Of a stretch of 32,000 nt of DNA, positions 1-12,984 are shown one piece after another; positions within the stretch are counted from its first letter, which is position 1; the number at the start of each line of letters is the position of its first letter. Below the pieces are notes generated by a model that saw nothing but the letters and a program-made list of their open reading frames with translations, had not been told where the DNA came from and made no database searches. Both the position numbers and the translations under genes were made by a program. The stretch lies in NCBI RefSeq assembly GCF_000400465.1, contig NW_008806277.1, positions 120,001 through 152,000 of the forward strand, in the 5' to 3' direction. Source of the stretch: Wallemia ichthyophaga EXF-994 (taxonomy: Eukaryota > Fungi > Basidiomycota).

Positions 1-269
1 TGGGTCTGCAGCAACTGCTTTGTCTGCATCTTCCTCCCTCTTCACCCTCTTCTTGGCTGGTTGCTGCTTCTGCTGTTTCTGCTGCCTGGGTTTCGCATCA
101 TCACTGTCGTGCGATCGCTTCCCAAACACCTCCTTCGACGCCTCGCCTAGTCCAAGTTGCTCGAGAAGACGGTTGTTCTCCTCGATGTTCTTCAGTCGCT
201 GTCGCTCACTAGCGTGTATTAGCGGATTGCAGTGAGCGCAGAACCACAAGCGTACTACTCTGAACCCAT
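1..269 (-). CDS. 5' end of a gene running off the window; N-terminus resembles DNA damage-binding WD40 protein CMR1/WDR76
   Basis: ATG at 269, 47-nt GT-AG intron at 209-255, giving MGSEYERQRLKNIEENNRLLEQLGLGEASKEVFGKRS... The 'EYERQRLxNIxxNxxLLxxLGL' helix is typical of CMR1 N-termini but also occurs in other nuclear proteins. No WD repeats are visible within the window. Confidence 0.55.
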
Positions 270-408
270 TTTGAGCACTTGTTTTGATGTTCGGTGTCGG
301 TGATTAAGTTTACTGGGTCAGTGGCGATTACATTTGATTGCATCCGATAGCGACTGATAGCAGCTTCCAAATAGACTTTACCTGAGCTAGCTAGTTGATG
401 ACTGTTTT

Positions 409-484
409 ACGCGTCACTTAACTTATCACTCGCTAATAATTAACAATTACAATATATACCACAATAAAACGCAACAGCACGCGT
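409..484. promoter_or_regulatory. Two ACGCGT (MluI/MCB-like) elements upstream of the CMR1-like gene
   Basis: ACGCGT at 409-414 and 479-484, 140-215 bp upstream of the ATG at 269. Function is inferred from the fungal MCB consensus only. Confidence 0.35.
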
Positions 485-489
485 AAATC

Positions 490-2090
490 TATCCTAGTAA
501 AAATACAACAAACACAATTCAACCCATTTGCAACCGCAAATCTAAAGCCATCAGAGTCAGTGCAAGGTTTAGCAGCAGTTAGGCAAGGTCTAGTATGAGC
601 GTCCGGGAATACTTAAGAGGCTTTCGGGAACTTCTCTGCACCGAGTAGACCGAGTTCAAGGGATTTGATGCGCGTATCGTTTATGTAGAACAAAGGCGTA
701 TACCCGTCTTAGGTAGAGGGTTTAGGGAAATTGGCGAGACCGATGGCATTTTAGAGGGCTTATCGGACTCATATGCCTCCTCAAAGGTTAGAGTGTGATC
801 ATACAATTCTACGATACTACCTATGGATGATGCTATGATTTGTTACCCGACGGTGAATAATGAGCATTCAGTCACCGATGATTGTTCTGATAGCCATAAA
901 ACAATCCTTCAACGTCAAATACATCTTCCGTGGGAGTTTTATTTGAATTTCGACTATCACTCTTCTGCAGCCCACTCACATCGAAAACTCGAAGTGTTTT
1001 ATCTGCACTTGCCAGAAAAATCTCAAACTGGTTGGCTGGATTGATCGAGACGCTATTTAGTGCTTTAATGGATTAGCTAAATTTTTCAACGGTTTCATCG
1101 TTATTCCGAATGCGCGCTTCAGTGATTGCCAACCTTCCTTGTGAGTCAGACATATAGATGATGTTTGGAGAGTTGTAATGTGCATCTATACCCAACACAT
1201 CAACTGAATCACCTTTAAAAGTCTTGTCGAGCAGACTTGGAGGATCGAAGAGCATTTGGAACACTTTACTCGACACACCAGTCTCAAAATCCAACAACAC
1301 TCGAACCGTTGAATCGGCGCAGACTGTATAAAGTTTACGGTAACAATGAGGATCTAGGAGGTTGTTGTTGATTGAATGACTTCTAACGTGTGGCTGTAGT
1401 CTCCATACTTCAGAATGATTTGCGTGTTTTGTGATACCAAGTTGGCCCTGCTTATCTCAAGTAAAGATAAGCTCAGATGATCGATCTGGGTGGTAAAGCA
1501 AAACAATTGGACTACTAGTCACAGCTTTAGTTCTGCAATAAGGTCTGCGTTTTTCTTTTTGGATCGCTGCTGAGTGTTCAAAACGACAGGAGAAATGCGG
1601 AATCTTGATCGTCTTTGGATCTCTTGAACAAGTTTGTTTTAGGTCATTTTTGGAACAGAACGGAGTTATTAGTGTAGATCAGCAGAGTTTTGCGCGTCCA
1701 ACTGATCCTGATAACACTCGTATTCTGCAGCATCGTCCCAAACATCGTCATAAACCGAGAAAAATACTGCGTCAAGTACGTCCAAACGCCTAGCAAACTT
1801 CCAAAGGTGAACTTTTTTGCGTTACTCTTCAGAATCAACAGAGTAAAGAGTTGGATCTTATTAATAAGAGTATGAATTGAGTGCTCAGAATAATAAGAGT
1901 TATTATCAAGGCTCCAGCGCTCTTCCAGCATTTCACCAAGCCCAGTTTTATCTGGTCTATAAAGTTCGGCATATCTTCTATAGGACTGATTCTTTGCAAT
2001 GATGCTTAGCGATTTATTGTAAGTTGGAATCTTTCGTTCTCTTTCAGGATCCTTATGATTAGTTTGAAATTCACTTGGATTGATGTGCCA
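490..2090 (-). pseudogene. Decayed CMR1/WDR76-like WD40 gene
   Basis: Minus-strand frame reads ...LLYHPDRSSELIFT*DKQGQLGI...VWRLQPH...DPHCYRKLYTVCADSTVRVLLDFETGVSSKVF...EKFS*SIKALNSVSINPANQFEIFLASADKTLRVFDV...HR*LNAHYSPSGNK, then after a frameshift IIASSIGSIVELYD. In-frame stops at 1457-1459, 1073-1075 and 872-874; a frameshift near 840 and probably others near 1530 and 700. Motif order matches fungal CMR1. Both ends are approximate. Confidence 0.7.
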
Positions 2091-2176
2091 TGATACCTTT
2101 AATGCCTTTGATAGGAAATGCTTTGTAAATGACGGTAACTATTACAACATAATTGATTGTGATATACTTGTACGAA

Positions 2177-2555
2177 TTACTCTTTACTTTCTGTGCCGCT
2201 TGCTAGCATTCCTCTCTCAATATTCTCCACTGTTTTCCTGTGATTTGCTCAGTTGAGTCTTAAGACATTGTATTTGATACGAACAATTTCTGTTCGCGGA
2301 TCTTTGTCAGTTCCTCAATAAGCTTCAGTTGGTCCTCCTTTGTCAAATTGGCGCCTTGGATATTTCGCACTTTCTCATGAGACTTGTCCAAATTCGTTTT
2401 CAACTCTTTAGCCTGTATTGGGGGTTTGAGGGTGTCAAACTACACGAAACTAACCCGCTCACTGCCTTTGATGCTGCCTGTGTATTACCGCTGCTTATAT
2501 GCTCAGTTGTTTGCGCTATCAGCGGCAGTAATGATCCGAAGCTATCGTCAGCCAT
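2177..2555 (-). CDS. Small helical protein, probably Mediator subunit MED9-like (93 aa)
   Basis: Exons 2555-2463, 2412-2285, 2237-2177 with GT-AG introns of 50 and 47 nt. Product MADDSFGSLLPLIAQ...AKELKTNLDKSHEKVRNIQGANLTKEDQLKLIEELTKIREQKLKTVENIERG...; resembles the Med9 pattern (coiled coil, then 'LPGIDRSxEEQ..I.EL'). Absent from the ORF track because of introns. Confidence 0.6.
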
Positions 2556-3031
2556 GATGTGATAAGTGAGAGAGTGTATGGTATGTTAATTTTATGTGAT
2601 ATAACCAATACATTTGTGGATCTATAGCGCTACACATACTTGAAAATATAAATCCAGATGGAGTGCAGGTGGCGTGCAAGGCTTCGTGAAGGCTTTAGGA
2701 AGAGATTAATGAACATGTATAATATCAAGCAGCCTCAAAGCAATATGAATAACGCACAAAACCACCCCCTCTCGCCCTCCAGAGAGGTGTAAAAACTTCA
2801 CCCAAAATGACTGAAGGATGAGAATACAAGCGCGAGCAATACAATACCACCCTCATAAACCCCCTGATACTCCCACACAATTAAATATTTGAGTCTTTTA
2901 ATTTTTTTAATTCTCCAGCCTCCGTCTTCGTAAATTTGAGAGGCGCCTTCTTGTCGAACGAGCGTGAGGAAGTGAGTGAATATCTCGTGGCTATAAGGAA
3001 ACACATTGACGGGTGTTTGAAATAGAGCAGT

Positions 3032-3675
3032 ATGGTCAATCTCAGATCTCAGAAACGTATTGCTTCTGCAGTCTTAGGATGCGGTAAACGTAAGGTCTGG
3101 CTCGACCCAGCTGAGCAAAAAGAAATTGCTCAAGCTAACAGCCGTGCCAACATCCGTAAGCTCGCTAAGGTGGGTAACAAGTCTTTTGAATTGAATTTCC
3201 CTCACGAGACTTTCAGGACGGCCATGTCATCCGCAAGCCAGCTTTGATGCACTCACGTTCACGCGTCCGTGAAACTCACGCTGCTAAGCGTGCCGGTCGC
3301 CACACTGGCCTCGGTAAGCGTAAGGGTACCGCTGAAGCTAGGATGCCTTCCAAGGTCGTTTGGATGCGCCGCCAGAGAGTTCTCCGTCGCTTGCTCAGAA
3401 GATACAGGGAATCTGGCAAGATTGATAAGCACCTCTACCACTCCCTCTACCTCAAGTCAAAGGGTAACACTTTCAAGAACAAGCGTGTCCTTATGGAGCA
3501 CATCCACAAGGCTAAGGCTGAGGTCTTGCGTACTCAACGTCTCACTGACTCCGCTGAGGCTCGTCGTGCTGCTAACAAGGCTCTCCGTCTCCGTCGTGCT
3601 GCTAGAGTCGCTGAGAAGCGCTCAGGTATCACTCAAGTCGAGCACACTGACAACGTCGCCGCTACTCAAGCTTAA
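3032..3675 (+). CDS. RPL19: 60S ribosomal protein L19 (eL19)
   Basis: [26 protein letters not shown]; 47-nt intron 3170-3216 joins KLAK to [16 protein letters not shown]; [12 protein letters not shown] and [17 protein letters not shown] motifs; stop at 3673-3675. Confidence 0.98.
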
Positions 3676-3964
3676 ATTGGCACTATTTAAAAGTGGAGTG
3701 TTTTGTTGGGTCACATATCGTCTCACACATGTATATTGTTTATCATTTACGCTCGAAAATTTTTGGTCGTCTGTGATAGTGGCTTGGTCTGTATCGAGTG
3801 GTTATGCGGGGGATTGTATACACCAAATACAAACTTTAACTGCGGCAGATGCACAGATTATATTTTTAGAACTCGGCGGGCTGCCATCGGGAATCGGTCG
3901 TTCGGAAATCCCTCTCGCACCGAATCAGCTAGGGCTGATAGCTGATTACGCTTTCTTATCAACA

Positions 3965-6362
3965 ATGAAATCAGACGACGAAAGTACTTTACACAGCGAG
4001 CGCCACAGCCATAATAATTCACTCAGTAATCTCAACATACGCTGTGGTGGCGATCACACTGGCGATTACGATAAGGCGACGAATTTGGAAATAAAAGGTC
4101 AGGAATTACAGCGGGAGCAACGTACTGATGATCGCGTCTCTGATAAAGGATCAGAAATTAATACCGATAAGCAGCAACAGCAGCGGCAGCACGATGCTTC
4201 TACATCTAATAGCACTCCTGAGCATACCAACAATGGAGAGAATGCAGTCGTTGAGAAGGAACAGCGCACTGATGGTCTCGATGATCAGACAAACTTAATG
4301 CCCCGGAAACAGATCATCGTCGTGTTCATGGGAGTCTCGAGCGCACTATTTATAAGTCTACTCGATCAGACGGTGATAAGCACAGCTTTACCTGATATTT
4401 CCAGCGAATTCCACGCTGCAGGGAAGGGTAATTGGTGCGTAGACCGCTAAGTATCAGCCCTTTGAAACTAAAAAAAATTATGACAGGGTTGCTACATCTT
4501 ACCTGCTCACAAGCACAGCGGTAATAACCTTCTGGTCACGTCTGAGTGATCTAATCGGCAGGAAGTTAGTACTACAAATCAACTTGATCATCTTTTTCAT
4601 AGGAAGTCTAGCATGTGCACTGTCCACTACAATTACAATGCTTATCGGCTTTCGCGCTTTGGCTGGACTAGGCGGCGGAGGAATACTGAACAACGTCATG
4701 GTCATTATCAGCGACATTGTATCATTGCGCGAAAGAGGAAAGGTTAGGTTGAGATGGAGTAAAATAAACCATACTAATCGTAAGCATAGTGGCAAGGACT
4801 TATTGGTGTGATTGTCGCGATAAGTAACAGTCTAGGTCCAATATTAGGGTGAGTTTTTGCCTACGTATGAAATAGACCATTTACACCGCTCTCGACTAGA
4901 GGTGTATTCACTGAAACTATTGGATGGCGCTGGATATTCTGGATCAACCTACCGCTCACAGGTGCTGCTATTTTGATCGTCCAGATATTCCTGCCTCAGA
5001 AACGTATCACATCCAACCCCCGCGAACAGATTAAACGGATAGACTATATTGGCACGATACTGGTACTTGCATCGACTACTCTGACGTTGCTGAGCTTGAA
5101 TTGGGGCGGAAATGAGTATGCATGGGACTCAGCTGTCGTCATTGCACTGCTTGTTGTTGGCGTAGTGCTCATGGTAGTCTTTGTGCTGGTAGAGGCTAGC
5201 AGCTTTATTAATCTACCCATTCTCCCAATGTATCTCTTCAACGATAGGTCCGTCTCAGCTAGCTTCTTCTGCACTTTCTTTAGCGGTACCATCTTCTACG
5301 GGGCTCTTTACTTCCTACCGCATTATTTACAAGTTGTTAAGGAATACAGTCCTTTGCGATCAGGAGTGGTGCTGCTGGGACTGATCCTTACCCAAAGTGG
5401 GTTGTTGATATGTCTCACTCAATAAACGCTAACAAGGCCAAAACAGCATTGTTTTCATTCACATCGGGAGTGATTGTGTCTAAAACTGGAGGTTATAGGG
5501 TGAACATATGGACTGGATTTCTAATGTGGACTATTGGACTCGGGTTATTCACAATGCTCAGCCCGTCAACAAGTATTGCAGAATTCGTTGGATTCTCAGT
5601 GATTTCAGGTGAGACATACCTTGCTTGTTGAGCGAAACTCAATGTGATAAAGGTTTTGGTGCGGGGAATACATTCCAGACGACGTTACTGAGGTTGGTAT
5701 ATTGCTTAATGAAAGACAAGCACACTCAAATTTCGTAGCGTACAGGCTGCTGTTAAAAGGCAAGAGATTGCAGTTGCGACGGGAGGTAAGTGAGACTTTT
5801 CCGAAACATAAATGTAATCAATCTCAAACTAACTGTATCATATACAGGTCGTAACTTTATACGGCTCCTTGGGGGTACGATTGGACTTGCACTGTGCGAT
5901 GTTATATTGAGGAACACGTTGATTACGGGATTACACAGTTTAGGGTCAAGTGTAAGTGAAATCAACGAAATCACGCAGGATCCTACGGCTATTCGGACCG
6001 TTGAAGGGATAGATACCGGGAAGGTGTTGGGGATTTACTGTGACGGAATTCGAAATATATTCATACTATTTACAGCTGCATCGGGTGAGTTATAAGATTA
6101 AGCGGTTTGCGTCGGGTAATCAGACCAATAATTACGAATTTGCAGGCGCGTCATTTGCATGCAGCCTTCTGATTCGTCAATGTAAGTCGCGTACCCATTC
6201 GGTTAAGATGAGATAATCAGATATGACGTAGATGCGTTGGACAAGCCAGATGACCAGATATTGAAGGAGGAGGGTAAGGAATGGAATGAGGAGCGTAAGA
6301 GGAAGAAGAGAATGAGGAAGGGAGGTGGTGTGGATAAGGTGGAGAATGAGGACAAAGTCTAA
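3965..6362 (+). CDS. MFS drug:H+ antiporter, DHA2 (14-TM) type, multi-exon
   Basis: First in-frame ATG at 3965. Motifs LDQTVISTALP, WVATSYLLTS, GFRALAGLGGGG, RIDYIG and FLPHYLQVV. About ten short introns splice in frame; ends ...ALDKPDDQILKEEGKEWNEERKRKKRMRKGGGVDKVENEDKV* at 6360-6362. Confidence 0.9.
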
Positions 6363-6620
6363 AAAAGCGTCGGCAATTATGTGGAGATAGAGTTGTCTCA
6401 AGAAACCGGCGCAGGAAAGGGAGAGAATTACATGGCTACAGGGAACAAGTATAGAATATATAGATGTACAAATGTGAAATTAATAATTATCGGCCAAAGT
6501 GTGATAATAAAAATCTAACGGATCAAATAAAATTCTCAGCTTGTAACTCGAAGTAAATTGGATTGTTTCTTATAGAAATACTTCCATTAACACACACTCG
6601 TTTATAAATTTAAAGTCTCA

Positions 6621-7788
6621 ATGAATATTACAAACCTTGTCAACAGTGAGGGCAATAGCCATATCACCAAGGTGCCAAACCAGAACAAGCCATTCCAATG
6701 CACCTATGGTACCTGCACCAAGTCATTTGCCAGGAGATCTGACTTGCAGAGGCATTTAAGAATTCACTTGAATGAGAGGTGTGTCCGGTGTTTCAGGGGA
6801 TTACATATGCTCATAAACACCTAATAGACCATTTGGCTGTCCTGTTGACGGTTGCGGCAAAACCTTCATTCAACGTTCCGCCCTTACTGTTCATATTAGA
6901 GTACACACTGGTGAACGCCCCCACACGTGCGAGGAATGCTCAAAGTCTTTCTCTGACTCGTCCTCACTTGCACGTCATAGAAGAATTCACACTGGAAAGA
7001 GGCCCTATAAGTGTCCTATTCAAGGCTGTAGCAAGTCCTTTTGCAGGAAAACCACTCTCACTAAGCATACGAAGCGTAATCACCAGTTACACCTTGAAGA
7101 TAGGTCTCCTTCACCTCAAGTTGACCAAGTTGAGAAAGTTGACAAGTTAGACCACCCACAGCAACCAGCTTTGACTATACCACACACACTCTCGAACATC
7201 CACAACGTACAGCCTACAGAGTGTGTCCCTATCACGCAACCATCCCTCTACTCGCTTTCAATGGACCATAAGCCCCAACCATACATGCACACTCCGATAC
7301 CGCAGCTCTCTTCTTATCAGGATGATTCACCATCCAACTCAACCGTCTTTTCTTCACCAGCTACTCCTTCGTATTCGCAATCGCAGCCAGATTTCTTATA
7401 TACTCAGCCACCACCGCCTCACGCGTTCAATTTCTATGAGTCTGCCTCTCCATTCGTTTACTTGAATACACAGCTACAAGCACAGGCCAAGCACACTCAG
7501 CCTACACACACTCACGCTCATTACACTATAAATCATCACTCACAGCTACTTACTCCGCCTCAGTCTGCTGATCCAAACCAATTCGGTCCTTTCGCTTACG
7601 GTCCACCTCCAATGTCTCCAGTTGGAGTTGAGGACGAATTTGGCACATACCCATTCGTACCACCATCACCACCTCTGACAGGCTACTCGTCCACTCATTT
7701 TGACGAAAACGCTTATCAAGATCCATACCCATCCCAACCACACGTATTGACTGGATTGGGGTTAGATTTGGTACAGGATACCGAGTAG
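6621..7788 (+). CDS. C2H2 zinc-finger transcription factor (4 fingers plus Pro/Ser/Gln-rich C-terminus)
   Basis: [26 protein letters not shown], an intron after NER, then [80 protein letters not shown]; frame continues into ORF 7171..7788. Confidence 0.92.
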
Positions 7789-8061
7789 ATGTGATCATAA
7801 CTCGTAACTAAACTCTAATTGGGATAATTAGAGTTGTCTCTCATTTCAAGTATCTCAACTTTATCAGTTACGACACTTTCTCAATTTTCATCCTCGTGAT
7901 ACTATCATTCTGTTTGATTTCCGTTCTATTCGTTTGATTCGTTTTTGCGCTTACTCATTACTTTTAATAATCACTTTATATCCTTCTATATACCCGCTTG
8001 GACTATTTAACATCATTTTCACATTCATGAGTGTCATTCATTCGATTAACAGGGAGGCGCG

Positions 8062-9112
8062 TTAGGATTTGTGTTTCTGTTTCTTGTTTTGCTTCTTTTT
8101 GTTAAGCTTATCTTGAGATTTCTGAAACTCTTCCTCCGTGGGTTCATGGACTTGTTCTTGGTCTTCTTCATGGTCCTCTTCCTCCTCCACTGCGCGCTTC
8201 TTTTTATTCTTGGGCTCCTCCTGCTTGTCCTTACCCTTTCCTTTCTTAGGAGGTGCGTATTTAGCTTCTAGCGCGCCGACGAGATTATCAAGTTGGCTCT
8301 TACGTTTATCACCGCGTTGGGCAATAAGCTGAGCGAGAGCGGAGTCACCCTCGTCGCCCTCCTCATCTTCCCCACTTTCCCCACTTTCCTCTTGGAAATC
8401 GCTGCCCAGACCTAGCTCGCGCCTTAGTTCTGCAGCCTGCTCGGCCTCAGACTGAGCCTTGCTAGCGCGACTCTTGCGCGCGACGGGTTTAGACGATCTA
8501 ACGAATTTCTTCGAGTGCGCAAGTCGGCCACCGTCTATTTCACGCTGCAGTATGTCGATGAAGCGCTGCTCATCGTCCAGCACGCTAGCGTGAGGGATAT
8601 TTGCAAAGATGGCGTCGAGATCGCCGTCGCATGTCTCATAAGCGTGTTTCAAGTCGTTCAGTTCATCCTGCGAGCCTGAGCGGGAGTGGGAGAAATTGTG
8701 TTTGTGTTAGCCCCAACTTCTGATACACCCTCTACCCACCTTGATACCGCTCTCGATCTTCCGCTAGAGCTTCCCACGTGACGCGCTCGAAGAGGTCATC
8801 GAAATAATCTTCCCAGCTGTAGTCCTCCCCGATATCCACACCGAGATCTATCGACGATGTTCGGCCAGTCTTGTCGTACTGCTCACGCTTCTTGTCGTCC
8901 GATAGCACTGTATATGCGAAGGACACACGCTGGAATTGCTCAGATGCATCCTGCGATGGATTCTTGTCCGGATGACTCTCAAGCGCTAGTCGGTGGTACG
9001 CCTTCTTTATCGTCGATGTAGTGGGTAAGTCTTCCTGCTGCAATTGTAGCACTGCGTATAGATTCGGTGGGTCGGCACCGAATATCGTGTGCATTGGATC
9101 GCTGCTGTTCAT
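8062..9112 (-). CDS. J-domain co-chaperone, DNAJC9-like
   Basis: ATG at 9112; J domain with HPD motif ([18 protein letters not shown]...RREQYDKTG-like); one intron near 8668-8731; [42 protein letters not shown]; basic/acidic tail. Confidence 0.88.
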
Positions 9113-9124
9113 GTTAAGTGCTTC

Positions 9125-9145
9125 GTCGCGTGTCGCGTGTCGCGT
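9125..9145. repeat. (GTCGCGT)x3 direct repeat just upstream of the DnaJ start codon
   Basis: gtcgcgt-gtcgcgt-gtcgcgt read directly from the sequence. Confidence 0.8.
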
Positions 9146-9254
9146 GAACAAGAAGGAAGACGGAGTAATTAAAAAGTGAATTAGATACAATTTGCTTTCT
9201 ATTTGTATTCCTTACTATAAACTATATACCACATACCATAATTTATTCTACACA

Positions 9255-11149
9255 TTATACAGCACTCAACCACGCTTGTTCTGGCAGCACCTGTCTCATT
9301 ACATCCCAATGATGCATAGCTGATTTCTGCTGAACATTGTCGAGCTTCTTAGATTGGCCATCGTGCAAAACATCCTCATTGGAAGCCCCCACATAACCGG
9401 AAAGGTCGATTTCATTGCTAGTGAAACTGCTTAACACCCTAGTGCGCAGTATAGAGTTAAGCGTGTCGGCGCTAGTAGCTGGCCTGAAGTCCAAAGCTGG
9501 TTCAGCAAATTTAGTGCAGAAGACGACCATGTTGAGGAAAACCTCTTCCTCCTCCATCTTCTGGTTGACGGGGCGATCAGAGAAAGCGCGACACTGTGGG
9601 AAGGCGTGGAGGAGGGTGCCTATGACCATTCTTGTAGCTTGAGATGAAGCCACACCGGCAAAGTTGACGCCCAACACACCGCTCTCTTTCATTCCGTACT
9701 TGATTTGCTGCCATGACTCAGTCGTGTAAAGTCTTCCAGGCACACCTCCGCCTGTAAATACATCGTGGATCACATAGTCGAATTTGTCACTCTCACTGTC
9801 CATATCGACGATCCATTCTATCACTGCTCGACGCGCATCCGCCAACTTGAGGTGTTTGGGTGAAGGTGCTCCGAAATACTCCAAAGCATAATTGTAGACG
9901 GCTGGATCTATTTCTACAACTGAAAGTTCCAGGCCGTGCTTATCGAATGCAGTCGCTGAGACACCAATGCCTAATCCGATGATCAACGCTTTCTCCTGCT
10001 CGTTGAGCTGTTGGTGTTCCGGTCTATTAACAAGTCTGACTGCTTCTTGGAGAAGGAAAGTGGTGTAAATACTCTCGCTGTTGTTCACTACAACCTCATC
10101 ACTCAAGTCTACCTTGTTTCCGTATTGATTGATGAGTGACTCCTTTGATGGACCAACCCAGAGTCCACCAAGCAGGCTGTGATCAGCACGCATATACCTG
10201 AAACCTTGAGCTGCGTCTTCGCCGATGATTATCTGACCAGTAACTGACTGTGTGCGTGCGAGGATTGGATGGCCATCGACAGCCTCCCTTGGTGCAAAGT
10301 TTGAGATGGTGATAGCGAGCAGAATAACAGGGATAACAAGTAAGTTGCGTGATTTGGAGCTTGAGAAGATGCTTTCATTCTCAGCCTTACCAACGCCTAA
10401 AGAAATCAGGACAGAAATGAGTGCAGCTGGTAGAGAAACCAATTTGAGGAAGACAACGGGGTCTTGAGGCATGAGTGGAGAGAGGAAACCGCGTGTGAGC
10501 AATCTAGAGAAGCTAGTTTCAATGGAAGGGAACATAAATGAACCAATCAAAGGGAGAGCGTATTGGAATGAATCCGGACAGAGCTTTAGAAGATGTTCAT
10601 AGAGGTTGATAATGGCGAATATCCAGCTAGGGGCTTGGAGAATGGACCAGGCAATCCTAGGACCCCAAACGACACCCAATTGAGAAGACTTATTCGCAAT
10701 CAAGCGTATAGTGAATGGATTTGAAATAGCGCAGATGATTGCAACAGCGAATGGCTTCAAAGTCTTCCTAATCTTAATAGCTTTTTCGTTGTGCATTGCA
10801 AGTGGCAGAGGGAGTACAGATAACAAACCAGTGAGTACTTTATGCGGGGAATCAGTGTTTATACCGCCAAAGATGGGATTGAGGGATGATTTGATCAAAA
10901 AGGATTGGAATGATAATAAATAGGCTGTAATAGCGAATAAAGATGCTGTAATTGGGTTTGTTAGCGTATAACCACCTTACGTACGAATCCCCCACCAAGT
11001 TTGAACATTCTTACAAATGTGAACTGTTGTACGTAATCGATATTTCTAGCTTGATTCTCATTAGCCATGTGAAGCGCATCCATCAGTGTCGTTGGTTTTG
11101 CTGGCTGGGATGGCTGGGCCGGTTCAGATGCCTTCTTCTCTTGGGACAT
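9255..11149 (-). CDS. Membrane-anchored SAM-dependent methyltransferase (spermidine-synthase-like fold); 5' exon uncertain
   Basis: Long ORF 9255..10898 with several hydrophobic segments, then ALIIGLGIG, VVEIDPAV, ADARR and FDYVIHDVFTGG. The frame is open up to about 10945 and can be joined to the small ORF 10961..11149 through a phase-1 intron (donor 10980, acceptor 10925 or 10946). Otherwise the start is the ATG at 10796. Confidence 0.75.
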
Positions 11150-11246
11150 GATGGGCGTGGGTGGATAAGGGGCAATACAAACGTAAAATGAGAAATTAAA
11201 TCAATTTTATTTGTTTGTAATCGTCGCTTTAAATACATCTTCTAAT

Positions 11247-12895
<1,649 letters not shown>

Positions 12896-12984
12896 TTTTA
12901 CTATTTTTCAAGTTGAAGACGAGAGAGAGACCAAGTGGATTGCTACTCGTCGCTTTCAAGAAAAAATTAATAAAATTTATAAAA

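Noticed and set aside
872-1459. A-to-I editing, read-through or an alternative genetic code rescuing the CMR1-like stops
   Set aside because: Editing would give Trp where Gly is expected, frameshifts would remain, and neighbouring genes use TGA and TAA as normal stops.
2798-3004. 68-codon minus-strand ORF between the MED9-like gene and RPL19
   Set aside because: Non-ATG start, no motifs, and it lies in the RPL19 promoter region.
3269-4450. 393-aa ORF spanning RPL19, the intergenic gap and the MFS gene
   Set aside because: It starts at a non-ATG codon in an alternative frame of RPL19 and has no Met until 3965. Only the part from 3965 is the MFS N-terminus; the rest is best explained by codon bias.
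7790-8060. Pyrimidine-rich TTCGTTTGAT-like repeats between convergent genes
   Set aside because: Imperfect and short; consistent with ordinary 3' UTR or terminator sequence, with no array or ncRNA structure I can support.
8071-8332. Hydrophobic and Ser-rich plus-strand ORFs
   Set aside because: They are the antisense reading of the Lys/Glu-rich DnaJ tail.
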